Shown: piece after piece, positions 27,292 to 36,043 of the stretch | Layout of the letters: the number at the start of each line of letters is the position of its first letter | How positions within the stretch are numbered: position 1 is the stretch's first letter | DNA from: an uncultured virus (IMG/VR IMGVR_UViG_3300011445_000001) | Lineage: Duplodnaviria; Heunggongvirae; Uroviricota; Caudoviricetes | Virus record (IMG/VR): IMGVR_UViG_3300011445_000001 | Reading direction: 5' to 3' (one strand) | DNA length: 64,000 nt | The notes under the pieces: generated by a model | Told to the model about the DNA's origin: nothing | Seen by the model: the letters and a program-made list of their open reading frames with translations, nothing else | Database searches by the model: none | Position numbers and translations under genes: made by a program

Positions 27292-27415
27292 CCACAGATC
27301 CGGGCTTTGGGGCTTTGAAGGGCTTTTCGCGGGGCTTGATTGTGCGCCTATGGGCTTGAAGCTGTGGGACTATTGTGGTGTCCCCACACCCCATATGCTC
27401 AGAGGTTGAGCAGTT

Positions 27416-27455
27416 AAAAAGGCCAGCCGCCGGGAGGAGGTGGCCCAGCGGCTGG
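27416..27455 (-). terminator. intrinsic terminator
   Basis: CCAGCCGC...GCGGCTGG stem followed by TTTTT on the minus strand. Confidence 0.7.
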
Positions 27456-27478
27456 AGCAGGATGCTAAGAGTCCCCGC

Positions 27479-27685
27479 CTAGCATCCAGTCAGATCAAGT
27501 GCTTTTCGACGACGCTCTTCCTGACGCTTTTGGGCGCGTAGGACGGCACGCCGCATGGCATACCTTAAGGCCTCTTTGATGTCCGCGTTGCGCTTGTCCA
27601 GCCAAGCGCAGAGGCGCTCGACCCGTCTTTGGTTCGCGGCCGCTACGGCTGCGCTGACCCTGAACTGGCTTCTGGTTGTCTTCAT
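27479..27685 (-). CDS. small basic protein, probably leaderless and monocistronic
   Basis: MKTTRSQF...; between a sigma54-type motif and a terminator. Confidence 0.6.
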   Translation of the reverse strand: MKTTRSQFRVSAAVAAANQRRVERLCAWLDKRNADIKEALRYAMRRAVLRAQKRQEERRRKALDLTGC

Positions 27686-27698
27686 GCCTAAGTAGATC

Positions 27699-27714
27699 GC
27701 AAGGTTGGTGCCAG
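27699..27714 (-). promoter_or_regulatory. sigma54-type -24/-12 promoter
   Basis: CTGGCAC-CAACC-TTGC, identical to the 3028 copy. Confidence 0.8.
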
Positions 27715-27792
27715 CCCAAGGTCTGCGAAAAGGCCTTGGAAGGCCACGCCGCTGTGCAGGTAGCTGCACAATATAGAGCAGATCCCATCACC

Positions 27793-28485
27793 CTATGGGC
27801 CCGGCATATTCACGACGTCGGCCCGGATCTCAAACCCACCCGGTGTGGGGCGGTAGGTCCGGTGCTCGGCCCCGGCGTGGTCGATGACGGTTTCTACCAT
27901 CGAGCCGGACCAGCACCCAAAGGCGGAGGCCACTTTCTGTGGTGGGCCCTCGACGAACCCGATTGGCTTTTGGGTGTCGTTGGCGCCGAAGTGCTTTAGG
28001 GCGTGCTCCCAAGCCACAAGGAGACAGCACCCGGGGCAGTAGGTTTGGCGAAGGACCTCTAGCCCACCCAAGCCAATCTTCGGACAGCGGTCCGAGGACA
28101 CGTGCCTGAAGCCCGAAAGGGCCCGCAAACCTAGCGGAAAGAAGCGGGAGTACACTTCTAACATCGCCTTTCCCCAGCCCGGCGAAAAAACGACGTCGTC
28201 GTCGCAGAACAGGGCGTGCGTTGGGGGGCTTTCGTAGCCGGTTCGCAGGGAAGGCTCGCCGAGAATCTTCAGGCCCACGTTCCACGCGTAGCCCTTACCG
28301 TAGTTGATGGGAAGCATGAGGGTGGTCACGGGCTGAGTGAGGAGCCACTCCCGGGTCCCGGCCTCTGTAGCCCCCTGCTCGACCACCACAACCCGACCAG
28401 TGAAGCCGGAGTCAAAGAGGGTTCCTAGCGACTGCTTCAAGAGGGGAAGGCGCCCCATGGACACCATCAGCACCGCCAGACCCAT
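27793..28485 (-). CDS. GT2 (GT-A) glycosyltransferase
   Basis: VVVEQG, NYGKGYAWNVGL, FCDDD, GCCLL, IDHAG. Confidence 0.8.
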   Translation of the reverse strand: MGLAVLMVSMGRLPLLKQSLGTLFDSGFTGRVVVVEQGATEAGTREWLLTQPVTTLMLPINYGKGYAWNVGLKILGEPSLRTGYESPPTHALFCDDDVVFSPGWGKAMLEVYSRFFPLGLRALSGFRHVSSDRCPKIGLGGLEVLRQTYCPGCCLLVAWEHALKHFGANDTQKPIGFVEGPPQKVASAFGCWSGSMVETVIDHAGAEHRTYRPTPGGFEIRADVVNMPGP

Positions 28486-28491
28486 ATAGGG

Positions 28492-28713
28492 CTACGGCTC
28501 GAGCTGGTGTTGTAGGCGGCGGTAGAGGAGGCCGATCACGGCATAAGCCTCGAGAAGAGTGGTACCACCCCGAAGATGAAGGCCACAAGCGCCCTTCTCA
28601 TCGGCGAAAAGAAACACACCGCGTTCGGGAGCGGGTAGCTTTTGCTTCTCGTGAATGATCTGGTCGTGAATGGTCCTGATGGGCTCTGCTGGCTTGTTGT
28701 CGGTGTTGGTCAT
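28492..28713 (-). CDS. hypothetical protein
   Basis: AAGGAG SD. Confidence 0.5.
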   Translation of the reverse strand: MTNTDNKPAEPIRTIHDQIIHEKQKLPAPERGVFLFADEKGACGLHLRGGTTLLEAYAVIGLLYRRLQHQLEP

Positions 28714-28814
28714 CTCACTCCTTCATTTGGAATCATCTTTGTTGATGTTGTTCTCAATTTCAACAACACATAACGCGTACACCTAAGAAAGCGAAGTTGT
28801 TAACCGCGCGCCTC

Positions 28815-29741
28815 TTAGACCTCTGATGAGGCAATGACGTCCCCGAAGGTATAGGTATCTGGGGTCGGATCTTCATTCTCTTGCTCAATATCCTCGAACG
28901 GAAACGCGACGGGCACCAGCTCCTCGTTCGCCTGAGTCGTATCTCCGAAGTCAAACGCATCGGGCGTCGGATCCTCGTTGTCTTGGATGTGGTTCCCAAA
29001 GTCGTAAACATCTCCAATCCCGAGGGTCTCCTCTGAGACGACACCAATCGGGACGATAGCCGCCCCTAGTACGAAGGTATAGGTATCACCGAAGGCTTCG
29101 GACGAGAGCGCCCCCACGGCGTTGATCTGCTGATTAAGCTGCGGCGTTCCGAAGGCTTCTGCCGACGGGACACCGGTTTCCTCGGTCTCTTGGTTAGCGG
29201 ACGGGGTTCCAAACGCCTCTGCCGAGGGGATGCTGGTACAGTTTATCTGCTGATTGAGCTGAGAAGTTCCAAAGGCCTCTGCACTGGTGACACCCGCTAG
29301 ATAGAGGATTTGGCCCGCAACAGCCTCGACGAACGGGGTTCCAACGGCTTCTGTGCTTGCAATCCCGGTACAATTGATCTGCTGATTAAGGCGGGTGGTT
29401 CCAAAAGCCTCTGCACTAGAGATTCCAGACGGTACAATCTGAAGATTGAGGGTAGCGGTACCAAAGGCCTCGGCTGTGGGGATGCCGGTACAGTTTATCT
29501 GCTGATTGAGTTGGGCTGTACCAAATGTCTCTGCGCTGACAATGCCGGTGGCTAAAATTTGCTGGTTGAGTTGGGCCGTGCCGAACGCTTCAGCCGATGC
29601 TATGCCGACGGTGGTGATGGTCGAGGCTTCCGTTCCGGCGGTCAGGAGAGCTTCGTCGAATATACCCTCGTTTTGCAGAAGGGGGTCGAACATCCCCTCG
29701 TTGTCTAGGGACGGATCAAATAGGCCGGTGTTGTTCGCCAT
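28815..29741 (-). CDS. virion fibre-associated protein with ~10 x 20-aa GIxSAEAFGT repeats
   Basis: Tandem repeats; acidic C-terminus shared with 31751-34189. Confidence 0.65.
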   Translation of the reverse strand: MANNTGLFDPSLDNEGMFDPLLQNEGIFDEALLTAGTEASTITTVGIASAEAFGTAQLNQQILATGIVSAETFGTAQLNQQINCTGIPTAEAFGTATLNLQIVPSGISSAEAFGTTRLNQQINCTGIASTEAVGTPFVEAVAGQILYLAGVTSAEAFGTSQLNQQINCTSIPSAEAFGTPSANQETEETGVPSAEAFGTPQLNQQINAVGALSSEAFGDTYTFVLGAAIVPIGVVSEETLGIGDVYDFGNHIQDNEDPTPDAFDFGDTTQANEELVPVAFPFEDIEQENEDPTPDTYTFGDVIASSEV

Positions 29742-29743
29742 GA

Positions 29744-30298
29744 CTACCCAGTCTTCCAGACCACCAACGAGGACCCGGCCTTAAGCGTAGTGGCGGCTGC
29801 AACTTCAGATCCGTGGTATAGTTCGATATCACCAGCAACGGTAACCACCATCACCCCATCGATGCGGATCATTAGATCGGAATTTGCTGCGTCTACTGAC
29901 ACCGAGGTTCCCCAGCCAGCGGTCGATTTCGCGCGAGCGGCCATAACCGTGAACACCTGCCCAGCACCGCCCGCCCCGGCCTGAGTGGCGGCAGCCGTTG
30001 CGCCCGTAGCCTGTGTGTCGCAGAAATGGAGGTTTGCGACAAACGCCGTGACGGTGCCGGTGAAGTTCACAGAGAACCGAATTCCTGTCGTAGTCGCCGC
30101 CGCCTGATACCTTAAGTAGTACTGGAAAGCATACGTGCCTACAGGCAAGGATAGGCTCATCGAGGTGGCTTCAGAGGGCGTCGTCGAGCTAGTGCTCTTG
30201 TCCGAAAAGAGGAAGGAGCGCCACACCTGATTGTTGGTGACGGTGAGATTCTTCTTAGTGGCGCCGGTCGTGGCCAAAGGCCGAAATCCCTTACTCAT
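29744..30298 (-). CDS. fibre tip/receptor-binding-like protein, paralog 3
   Basis: Shares YxFQY, AARA and GDIELY motifs with the two upstream genes. Confidence 0.55.
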   Translation of the reverse strand: MSKGFRPLATTGATKKNLTVTNNQVWRSFLFSDKSTSSTTPSEATSMSLSLPVGTYAFQYYLRYQAAATTTGIRFSVNFTGTVTAFVANLHFCDTQATGATAAATQAGAGGAGQVFTVMAARAKSTAGWGTSVSVDAANSDLMIRIDGVMVVTVAGDIELYHGSEVAAATTLKAGSSLVVWKTG

Positions 30299-30849
30299 TA
30301 GCCCACCCTATGGAGGTAAAGTGTCGATCCCGTAGAAATCGTAAGCTGGTTGCCGCCCCCGTCTGAGGATTGGTAGAGTTCAATATCGCCCGGAGAGATT
30401 ACCGACACCATGCCTTCGATGCGCGTGAACATATCGGCGTTGGCCGTGTCTACGTTGCCAATGGTGTTTACAGACACCGTGCCTGCGGCCCGAGCCGAAT
30501 TTACGCAATAACACTGTCCGGCAGCACCAACCGCGTCTTGGTCGGCTACAAGTGTGGAGGCCGTCGCGCTTGTATCAACGAGGAAGAAGTTGTATATGAA
30601 GAAGTCGGTTGTGCCGGTCGAGAAATTGACAGACAGCTTAAACCCTGCGGCAGTATTGTTGGACTGCCAGATGATGAAGTACTGAAAGATATAAACCCCG
30701 GGGGTTAGGGTTGTACTCAGCCCCGTAACTTCCGCCTGGGTGGCGCTCGTCGTTACGTGGTCAGCGGCCAGCCGCACGAAGGTAAGATAGGGGTTGGTTT
30801 CCTGTACCACCACTACCGGGATACCGTTTGCGTCATATTGTGTGAACAT
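30298..30849 (-). CDS. fibre tip/receptor-binding-like protein, paralog 2
   Basis: LTPGVYIFQYFII...ADQDAV...NADMF...GDIELY. Confidence 0.55.
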   Translation of the reverse strand: MFTQYDANGIPVVVVQETNPYLTFVRLAADHVTTSATQAEVTGLSTTLTPGVYIFQYFIIWQSNNTAAGFKLSVNFSTGTTDFFIYNFFLVDTSATASTLVADQDAVGAAGQCYCVNSARAAGTVSVNTIGNVDTANADMFTRIEGMVSVISPGDIELYQSSDGGGNQLTISTGSTLYLHRVG

Positions 30850-31400
30850 TAGACCACCTTCATCAGGACTAGCGATGTGCCCGGACGCACTGAGGTTGCG
30901 GTGGCGTCTTCAGAACCGTGGTACAGGCGAATATCACCCTGAGTGGTTACGACCATAATTCCCTCAACCTTAGCGAACATATCGGCATTTTGCGTATCTA
31001 CCGAGATCGTGGTGCCCCAACCAGCCGAGGACTTCGCGCGCGCGGCAAACGCGCAATACACCTGCCCGCCCGCAGCGACTGCGTCTTGATCGGCTGCCGC
31101 AGTAGAAGCAGCGGCCGTGTTGTCGCACACGTGCCAGTTGGCCACGAACTTCGAAGTCGTTCCAGTATAATCAACCGAAAAGCGAACCCCGGTGCCGGTG
31201 GCTGTGGACTGGTATATGATGAAGTACTGAAACACGTATGTGCCGGGCTGCAGCGTCAGGCTAAGAGCCACAACCTCGGTGGGCGAAGCCGTACTATTCG
31301 ACTGGGAAGCCGACAACGACACCGCCGCGATGCGCGGATCAGACACGGCCTGGGCTTCTTTCAGCTGGCCAAGGGCGTCTCGATATGAGAAATTACCCAT
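30849..31400 (-). CDS. fibre tip/receptor-binding-like protein, paralog 1
   Basis: LQPGTYVFQYFII...ADQDAV...NADMF...GDIRLY. Confidence 0.55.
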   Translation of the reverse strand: MGNFSYRDALGQLKEAQAVSDPRIAAVSLSASQSNSTASPTEVVALSLTLQPGTYVFQYFIIYQSTATGTGVRFSVDYTGTTSKFVANWHVCDNTAAASTAAADQDAVAAGGQVYCAFAARAKSSAGWGTTISVDTQNADMFAKVEGIMVVTTQGDIRLYHGSEDATATSVRPGTSLVLMKVV

Positions 31401-31719
31401 CGTAAGAGAACGACTCCCCGGCGGCTAAAGTCACCTTATAGAGGTTGGCACCAACCGATCCGTCGTAGATCTCGACCGTGACTGTGTTCGGGGTGCTGGC
31501 ATCAGTGTTGAACACAAACAGGGACTTGACGTTGCGCTGCACAGAGCTAGCGGGCGCGGCTACCACGGTGGTAGTGGTGTTGGTCGAGATTGAGGTGTTG
31601 GTGCTTCCGGGAGTTGAGGTGGCGCCGTCCCAGTCAACATAGGATGCGTGGACTTCAACTACCGTAGAGGCCGATGTGACGATTCGAATGACCTTGCTGG
31701 TTGTGTCTAAGATAACCAT
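31393..31719 (-). CDS. small beta-rich virion protein
   Basis: Thr-rich; TTTTVVAAPASSVQRNVK; AAAGGA SD. Confidence 0.55.
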   Translation of the reverse strand: MVILDTTSKVIRIVTSASTVVEVHASYVDWDGATSTPGSTNTSISTNTTTTVVAAPASSVQRNVKSLFVFNTDASTPNTVTVEIYDGSVGANLYKVTLAAGESFSYDG

Positions 31720-31750
31720 AGTAATTCCTTTCTAACTCCTACACGAGGGG

Positions 31751-34189
31751 CTAAACCTCCTCGCTCTCTTGTACTAGGTCTCCGAAATCATAGACGTCGG
31801 GTACGGGATCTTCGTTATCTTGAATGATGTCGCCATAGTCAAACAACAGGCCAACCCCAAAGGCTTCAGCCGAAACCACACCCACCGGAAATACCGAGAA
31901 ATTTAGGGTTAGAGTTCCGAACGCCTCGGCCGTGGGGATACCGACGGCGTAAACCAATGGGCGGACAGAAGTCGTACCGAACGCCTCTGCTGAAGCAATT
32001 CCGGCGGTGTTAATTTGTTGATTTAAAGTGGCCGTGCCGAAGGCTTCAGCCGAAGGAATGCCCGACGGGGATATGGACGACCGGACCGATGCCGTTCCGA
32101 CCGCTTCGGCCGAGGGAATACCGGTACAATTTATCTGCTGATTTAGTTGGGGTGTTCCAAACGCTCCCGCACTCGCAATTCCGGTGCACACAATCTGTAG
32201 ATTTAACTGAGCCGTACCAAAGGCCTCGGCGCTGGCCACCCCAGTAGCACGGATCTGCTGATTTAGTTGGGGCGTTCCGAACGCTTCGGCCGAGGGAATA
32301 CCCGACGGGGATACGAGTTGGGCCTCCGTCTCTACGGACGGCGTACCAAACGCCTCAGCACTTGCAATACCGGTACAATTTATCTGCTGATTTAGTTGGG
32401 GTGTTCCAAACGCCTCTGCACTAGCAACGCCGGTACAATTTATCTGCTGATTTAGTTGTGGAGTTCCAAACGCTTCTGTGCTCGCGATTCCCGATGGGGA
32501 GATACTCAGCCCAATGGAAGCTGTACCAAACGCTTCTGTGCTCGCGATTCCTGCACAAACAACCTGCTGGTTTAATTGTGCGGTTCCGAAAGCTTCGGCG
32601 CTCGCGATGCCGGAAGGTGAAATAGCCGGATTGATGGACGCAGTGCCAAAAGCTTCCGCTGAAGCAATGCCGTTAGCGCCTGTATCTAGACTGATGCCCT
32701 GATTAAAGGCGGGGAGTCTGAACGTAACACCAAGGTACGCGTAAAAGCCTTGGGCCGGAGCAGAGGCAGAGGGGGTTGTGGCAACCTGCGCAGCCGAAAT
32801 GTCGTCTTTGCGTATGGTTTGAAACGAGGCGTCTGTACCTGTGGTGGTGCTGGCCGCTGTACCTTCATCCCAACCACTGTTCACCATGGAAAACGCCTGA
32901 TCGTCCAGCGAAATACCAAATTGAATAGCAGTACGCGCGGACGCGCCACTAGAAAGCTGGGTGACAGGGCCGTTTTGATTGGCGGTGGTGTACGGGTTGG
33001 AAGCGACAGCAAAGTCCCACGGCGTTTGCGCAAACGCCGCATTCCGGACTACGTAAGCGCGACCAGCAAAGCAGGTATCAGTGCCTGTGTCCCACCCGGC
33101 CCCGCGCGTACACACCGGATTTGTTTCCGACGAAGACGCCGCCACTTTATAAAACCAAGCCACCCAACCATCAACGTCAGCGCCGGGTCCATCTCCCACC
33201 TGACTTACAATCGCCGTATACCCAGAGGGTGTGGGAATTTCTAAAATTTCATCATCCAAGGAATTAGGCGCCCAGATACCCAAAGCCAAAACAATGATGT
33301 CGTTGGTGGCGTGCTCGGGAAGGGTAACGGTCAAGCTACCGGAAGTGTTCGAAGCTACTGCGCCTTCGCGGAACAAATACGGGGCGTCCAAGTGCCGCGC
33401 CAAAGAACCAAAAGCCTCAGCAGAAGCAATGCCATCAGCCGAGATAGTCTGTGCAAAGGGCTTTTTAAACGAAATACCCATGAAGCAGTAATAGCCCGTA
33501 CCAACCGCCGAGACCACAGACGCGGTTTCGGACGTCGAGGCGTTTATGTTTTCTTTTCTAGCAGTCTGGAAAGCGCAATCAGTACCGGTAGTGTCGTTTA
33601 CTTCGAGTCCGGGAGTCCACCCGGTCGGCGCCATGGAAAACGCGGTGTTGTCCATGCACACGCCGAACACGATACCGGTACGCTGCTCACCATTAACGTC
33701 CATGCCCGGCATGTTTTGGTTGGCGGCTGTGTAGGCACCGTTGATATCTGTTTCATCAAAAGAACCATTGGCGCCTATCGTCATGCTCCCATGTGCAGCG
33801 CCGCGAATCGTATACGCACGACCAGCAAAGCAGGTGTCGGTGCCTGTGTCCCAAGCCACAGGAAGAGTAAACGATGGGTTGGTTTCAGATGAGGACTCGG
33901 CGGCCTTAGCTATCCAAAAGGCTATGCCGTCAAGGCTTCCCTCAGCTATGTAATTAGAAAGCAGCGTCCAACCAGCGGGGTAGGCGATTACGTCAAAATC
34001 CGGGGAGTTTGGCGCCCACAACCCGAGGCTGACAATTAAAACGTCGCCTGATTGGTGGGCGGGCAGAGTTACAGTAAGGGCGCCAGTGGTGCTAGCGGCA
34101 ATCGCGCCTTCTGCAAATAGAAACGGTGCGCCATGTGGCGTAATTTCACCAAACGAGGACGAGCAAAAACTGCCTTGCCCAAAACACAT
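31751..34189 (-). CDS. virion fibre-associated protein: two tandem globular domains plus ~14 x 20-aa GIxSAEAFGT repeats
   Basis: Duplicated APxLFxEG...WDTGTDTCFAGRAY domain, repeat array, acidic QDNEDP...DFGD tail. Confidence 0.7.
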   Translation of the reverse strand: MCFGQGSFCSSSFGEITPHGAPFLFAEGAIAASTTGALTVTLPAHQSGDVLIVSLGLWAPNSPDFDVIAYPAGWTLLSNYIAEGSLDGIAFWIAKAAESSSETNPSFTLPVAWDTGTDTCFAGRAYTIRGAAHGSMTIGANGSFDETDINGAYTAANQNMPGMDVNGEQRTGIVFGVCMDNTAFSMAPTGWTPGLEVNDTTGTDCAFQTARKENINASTSETASVVSAVGTGYYCFMGISFKKPFAQTISADGIASAEAFGSLARHLDAPYLFREGAVASNTSGSLTVTLPEHATNDIIVLALGIWAPNSLDDEILEIPTPSGYTAIVSQVGDGPGADVDGWVAWFYKVAASSSETNPVCTRGAGWDTGTDTCFAGRAYVVRNAAFAQTPWDFAVASNPYTTANQNGPVTQLSSGASARTAIQFGISLDDQAFSMVNSGWDEGTAASTTTGTDASFQTIRKDDISAAQVATTPSASAPAQGFYAYLGVTFRLPAFNQGISLDTGANGIASAEAFGTASINPAISPSGIASAEAFGTAQLNQQVVCAGIASTEAFGTASIGLSISPSGIASTEAFGTPQLNQQINCTGVASAEAFGTPQLNQQINCTGIASAEAFGTPSVETEAQLVSPSGIPSAEAFGTPQLNQQIRATGVASAEAFGTAQLNLQIVCTGIASAGAFGTPQLNQQINCTGIPSAEAVGTASVRSSISPSGIPSAEAFGTATLNQQINTAGIASAEAFGTTSVRPLVYAVGIPTAEAFGTLTLNFSVFPVGVVSAEAFGVGLLFDYGDIIQDNEDPVPDVYDFGDLVQESEEV

Positions 34190-34207
34190 GGCGCGTGTTC
34201 CATCTTT

Positions 34208-34399
34208 CTAAGTAAGTGGGACAACTCTAAGGTTTGATATATCTGCAAGAGTGAAAGTCCTATTTGGGTCTTCCCTCTGTATGGTGCTAACCACCGATGC
34301 CCTCAGTGTGGACTTGGATGCTGGCAAATCAACCGGGTCCGTAGAAACGTCGCGCCCCAGCCTAACAATCCAAGCAGTGAACATGACCAACATGGCCAC
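34208..34399 (-). CDS. small hypothetical protein
   Basis: Fills the gap between fibre genes. Confidence 0.4.
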   Translation of the reverse strand: MAMLVMFTAWIVRLGRDVSTDPVDLPASKSTLRASVVSTIQREDPNRTFTLADISNLRVVPLT

Positions 34400-34402
34400 A
34401 CC

Positions 34403-35488
34403 CTAGGTGCCCGACAACCTACCACGTCGGTCAATCCACCCGAAAGTTGAAATATCGAACGTTTCACCAGTGGACCCCGCAGCAATCGCCGCGTCCCACT
34501 CGATTTGCGAGCTTGAGCTTACACGCAATTCAAAGTGGCCTGAGGCTCCAGAGTCATTGGCGCCCGCTGTACCGTCGCCCTCTCTCATCATTAAAGACGC
34601 AATGCCGGTAGTTGACGCTGGGGTGACGTTGCCCTCGACCAACTCCGAAAATACGATGATGGTTTCGCCCCCAACGTTCATAGCCGTACACGAACACGCT
34701 GCACGAAACCTCGCAATTGACGAGGGTGGTGCAGTTAGAGTCACTGCCGCAGCGGTTGAAGTTGGGGTCTGTGATAGGTCGTTTACCTGCGTTGTGAGAG
34801 TAAAGTGGTCATCGATCTGCGTAAACTGCAGAATGTTGCCGCTGCCGTCGTTACGAATCCAGCCAATGCGGCGCTGCACCGTATAGCTGGCCGGAAGAGT
34901 GGCCCTATTTGCGGTGGTGGTGAACATCACATCAACCACACCAGTGTCCAGCCGCTTGATTAGGTGGACCTCATACCACGTGCTGTTGGCTTCGGCGCCT
35001 GTGTTGATGCCGCCGTTACCGGTACCAACCGCCCAAGCCGCATCCAGCCGCTTGGTTATCGCGGCAGTCAAAACCATATCGTGGTTGCCGTTTTCGTCGC
35101 GGCATTCACCAGCGGCAACGGTTATGTCGTTAGCAGTATCGGCCGCATTCGACATGGTGAGGCCCCAAATATGGCCTCGGGGCATAAAGCCCGTTGCAGG
35201 CAGAGCGCAGTAAATGAAGCGAGTACCTGCGGCCCAGCTTACAGCCGCATTGGAATTGCTGGACGCTATAATGGTGGTGCGAGCTAGGGTATCAGTGCCA
35301 GCGTCTGTTACGGTCCCTACGCCGATTTCCCAATTAGTGCCGTCCTCAGCAACATAATAGCACGTGTTGGTATTGCCGATACCCGCAACAAACGTCTGAA
35401 AACCAGTAACGGCACCTCCAAGATTGTAAGTGCCGGTGCCGGTTGTGGTCGAAGTTTCCTTAACTCGATTAGCGTGAACTAAAGCCAC
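34403..35488 (-). CDS. tail/fibre protein
   Basis: ALVHANRVKETSTTTGTGT N-terminal domain typical of phage structural proteins, followed by a TKRLDAAWAVG fibre-like domain. Confidence 0.65.
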   Translation of the reverse strand: MALVHANRVKETSTTTGTGTYNLGGAVTGFQTFVAGIGNTNTCYYVAEDGTNWEIGVGTVTDAGTDTLARTTIIASSNSNAAVSWAAGTRFIYCALPATGFMPRGHIWGLTMSNAADTANDITVAAGECRDENGNHDMVLTAAITKRLDAAWAVGTGNGGINTGAEANSTWYEVHLIKRLDTGVVDVMFTTTANRATLPASYTVQRRIGWIRNDGSGNILQFTQIDDHFTLTTQVNDLSQTPTSTAAAVTLTAPPSSIARFRAACSCTAMNVGGETIIVFSELVEGNVTPASTTGIASLMMREGDGTAGANDSGASGHFELRVSSSSQIEWDAAIAAGSTGETFDISTFGWIDRRGRLSGT

Positions 35489-35528
35489 AAACAATCCTCA
35501 CAATTCTGGGGGCCGTAATACAAACGCT

Positions 35529-35580
35529 AATACAAGCCAAAGAGCTTGTATCGGGCCAATACAAGCCAAAGAGCTTGTAT
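35529..35580. repeat. tandem duplication of a 23-bp palindrome
   Basis: AATACAAGC-CAAAGA-GCTTGTAT at 35529-35551 and 35558-35580. Confidence 0.85.
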
Positions 35581-36008
35581 TACAGCTTGAAGATCTTGTT
35601 TGCTCCGTTGTCCCATACCACGGTGATATCACCACCGTTGGGAGTGATCGGCAGACCGGTAGCCGTGTCGATGTACGCGATCAGAAGATCGGTCGTACCC
35701 GAAGCGGACGTACCACCGCCACCACCATCCTTCCAGATGATGAGGGCTTCAGACTGGTCGCCAGACACCGTGCTGAAGACCGCGTCTGTGGCGTCAGCAA
35801 CCCCCAGCGCCGCAGATTTACCGGAGAGGGTGGCCGTAGCGACTTTGGCCGCCGCAGGCACCGTATCGGTGTTCATGTACTGGTGCACATCGATCGAAAC
35901 CGCGTAGTCGGCCGCATCGATCAACGTTACCTTGATAGTGTCAGCGACCCAGTCGATATCGCCCAGAAGGAAGGCGTTTCGCCCGAGACCATAGAGTGCA
36001 TTTGCCAT
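35580..36008 (-). CDS. conserved 142-aa virion structural protein
   Basis: MANALY...DTIKV...LIAYIDTATGLPITPNGGDITVVWDNGANKIFKL; own promoter motif and strong SD. Confidence 0.7.
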   Translation of the reverse strand: MANALYGLGRNAFLLGDIDWVADTIKVTLIDAADYAVSIDVHQYMNTDTVPAAAKVATATLSGKSAALGVADATDAVFSTVSGDQSEALIIWKDGGGGGTSASGTTDLLIAYIDTATGLPITPNGGDITVVWDNGANKIFKL

Positions 36009-36026
36009 GACTAGTATCCTTTCCTA

Positions 36027-36043
36027 AGTACCCGATTTTACAC
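36027..36043 (-). promoter_or_regulatory. GTGTA-type late promoter motif
   Basis: GTGTAAAA-TCGGG-TACT. Confidence 0.65.

Noticed and set aside
2775..27769. Shared peptide WAGTNLAIY in ORFs 2775-3164 and 27479-27769 as a protein motif
   Set aside because: It is the translation of the 28-bp promoter repeat; the real starts are probably the ATGs just downstream
28815..32680. 60-bp DNA repeats as CRISPR, DGR template/variable repeats or shufflon
   Set aside because: They are in-frame coding repeats with synonymous variation; no reverse transcriptase or invertase in the window, and no adenine-specific mismatch pattern noticed
35529..35580. Mini CRISPR array
   Set aside because: Only two copies with a 6-bp gap, no spacer-length sequence, no cas genes
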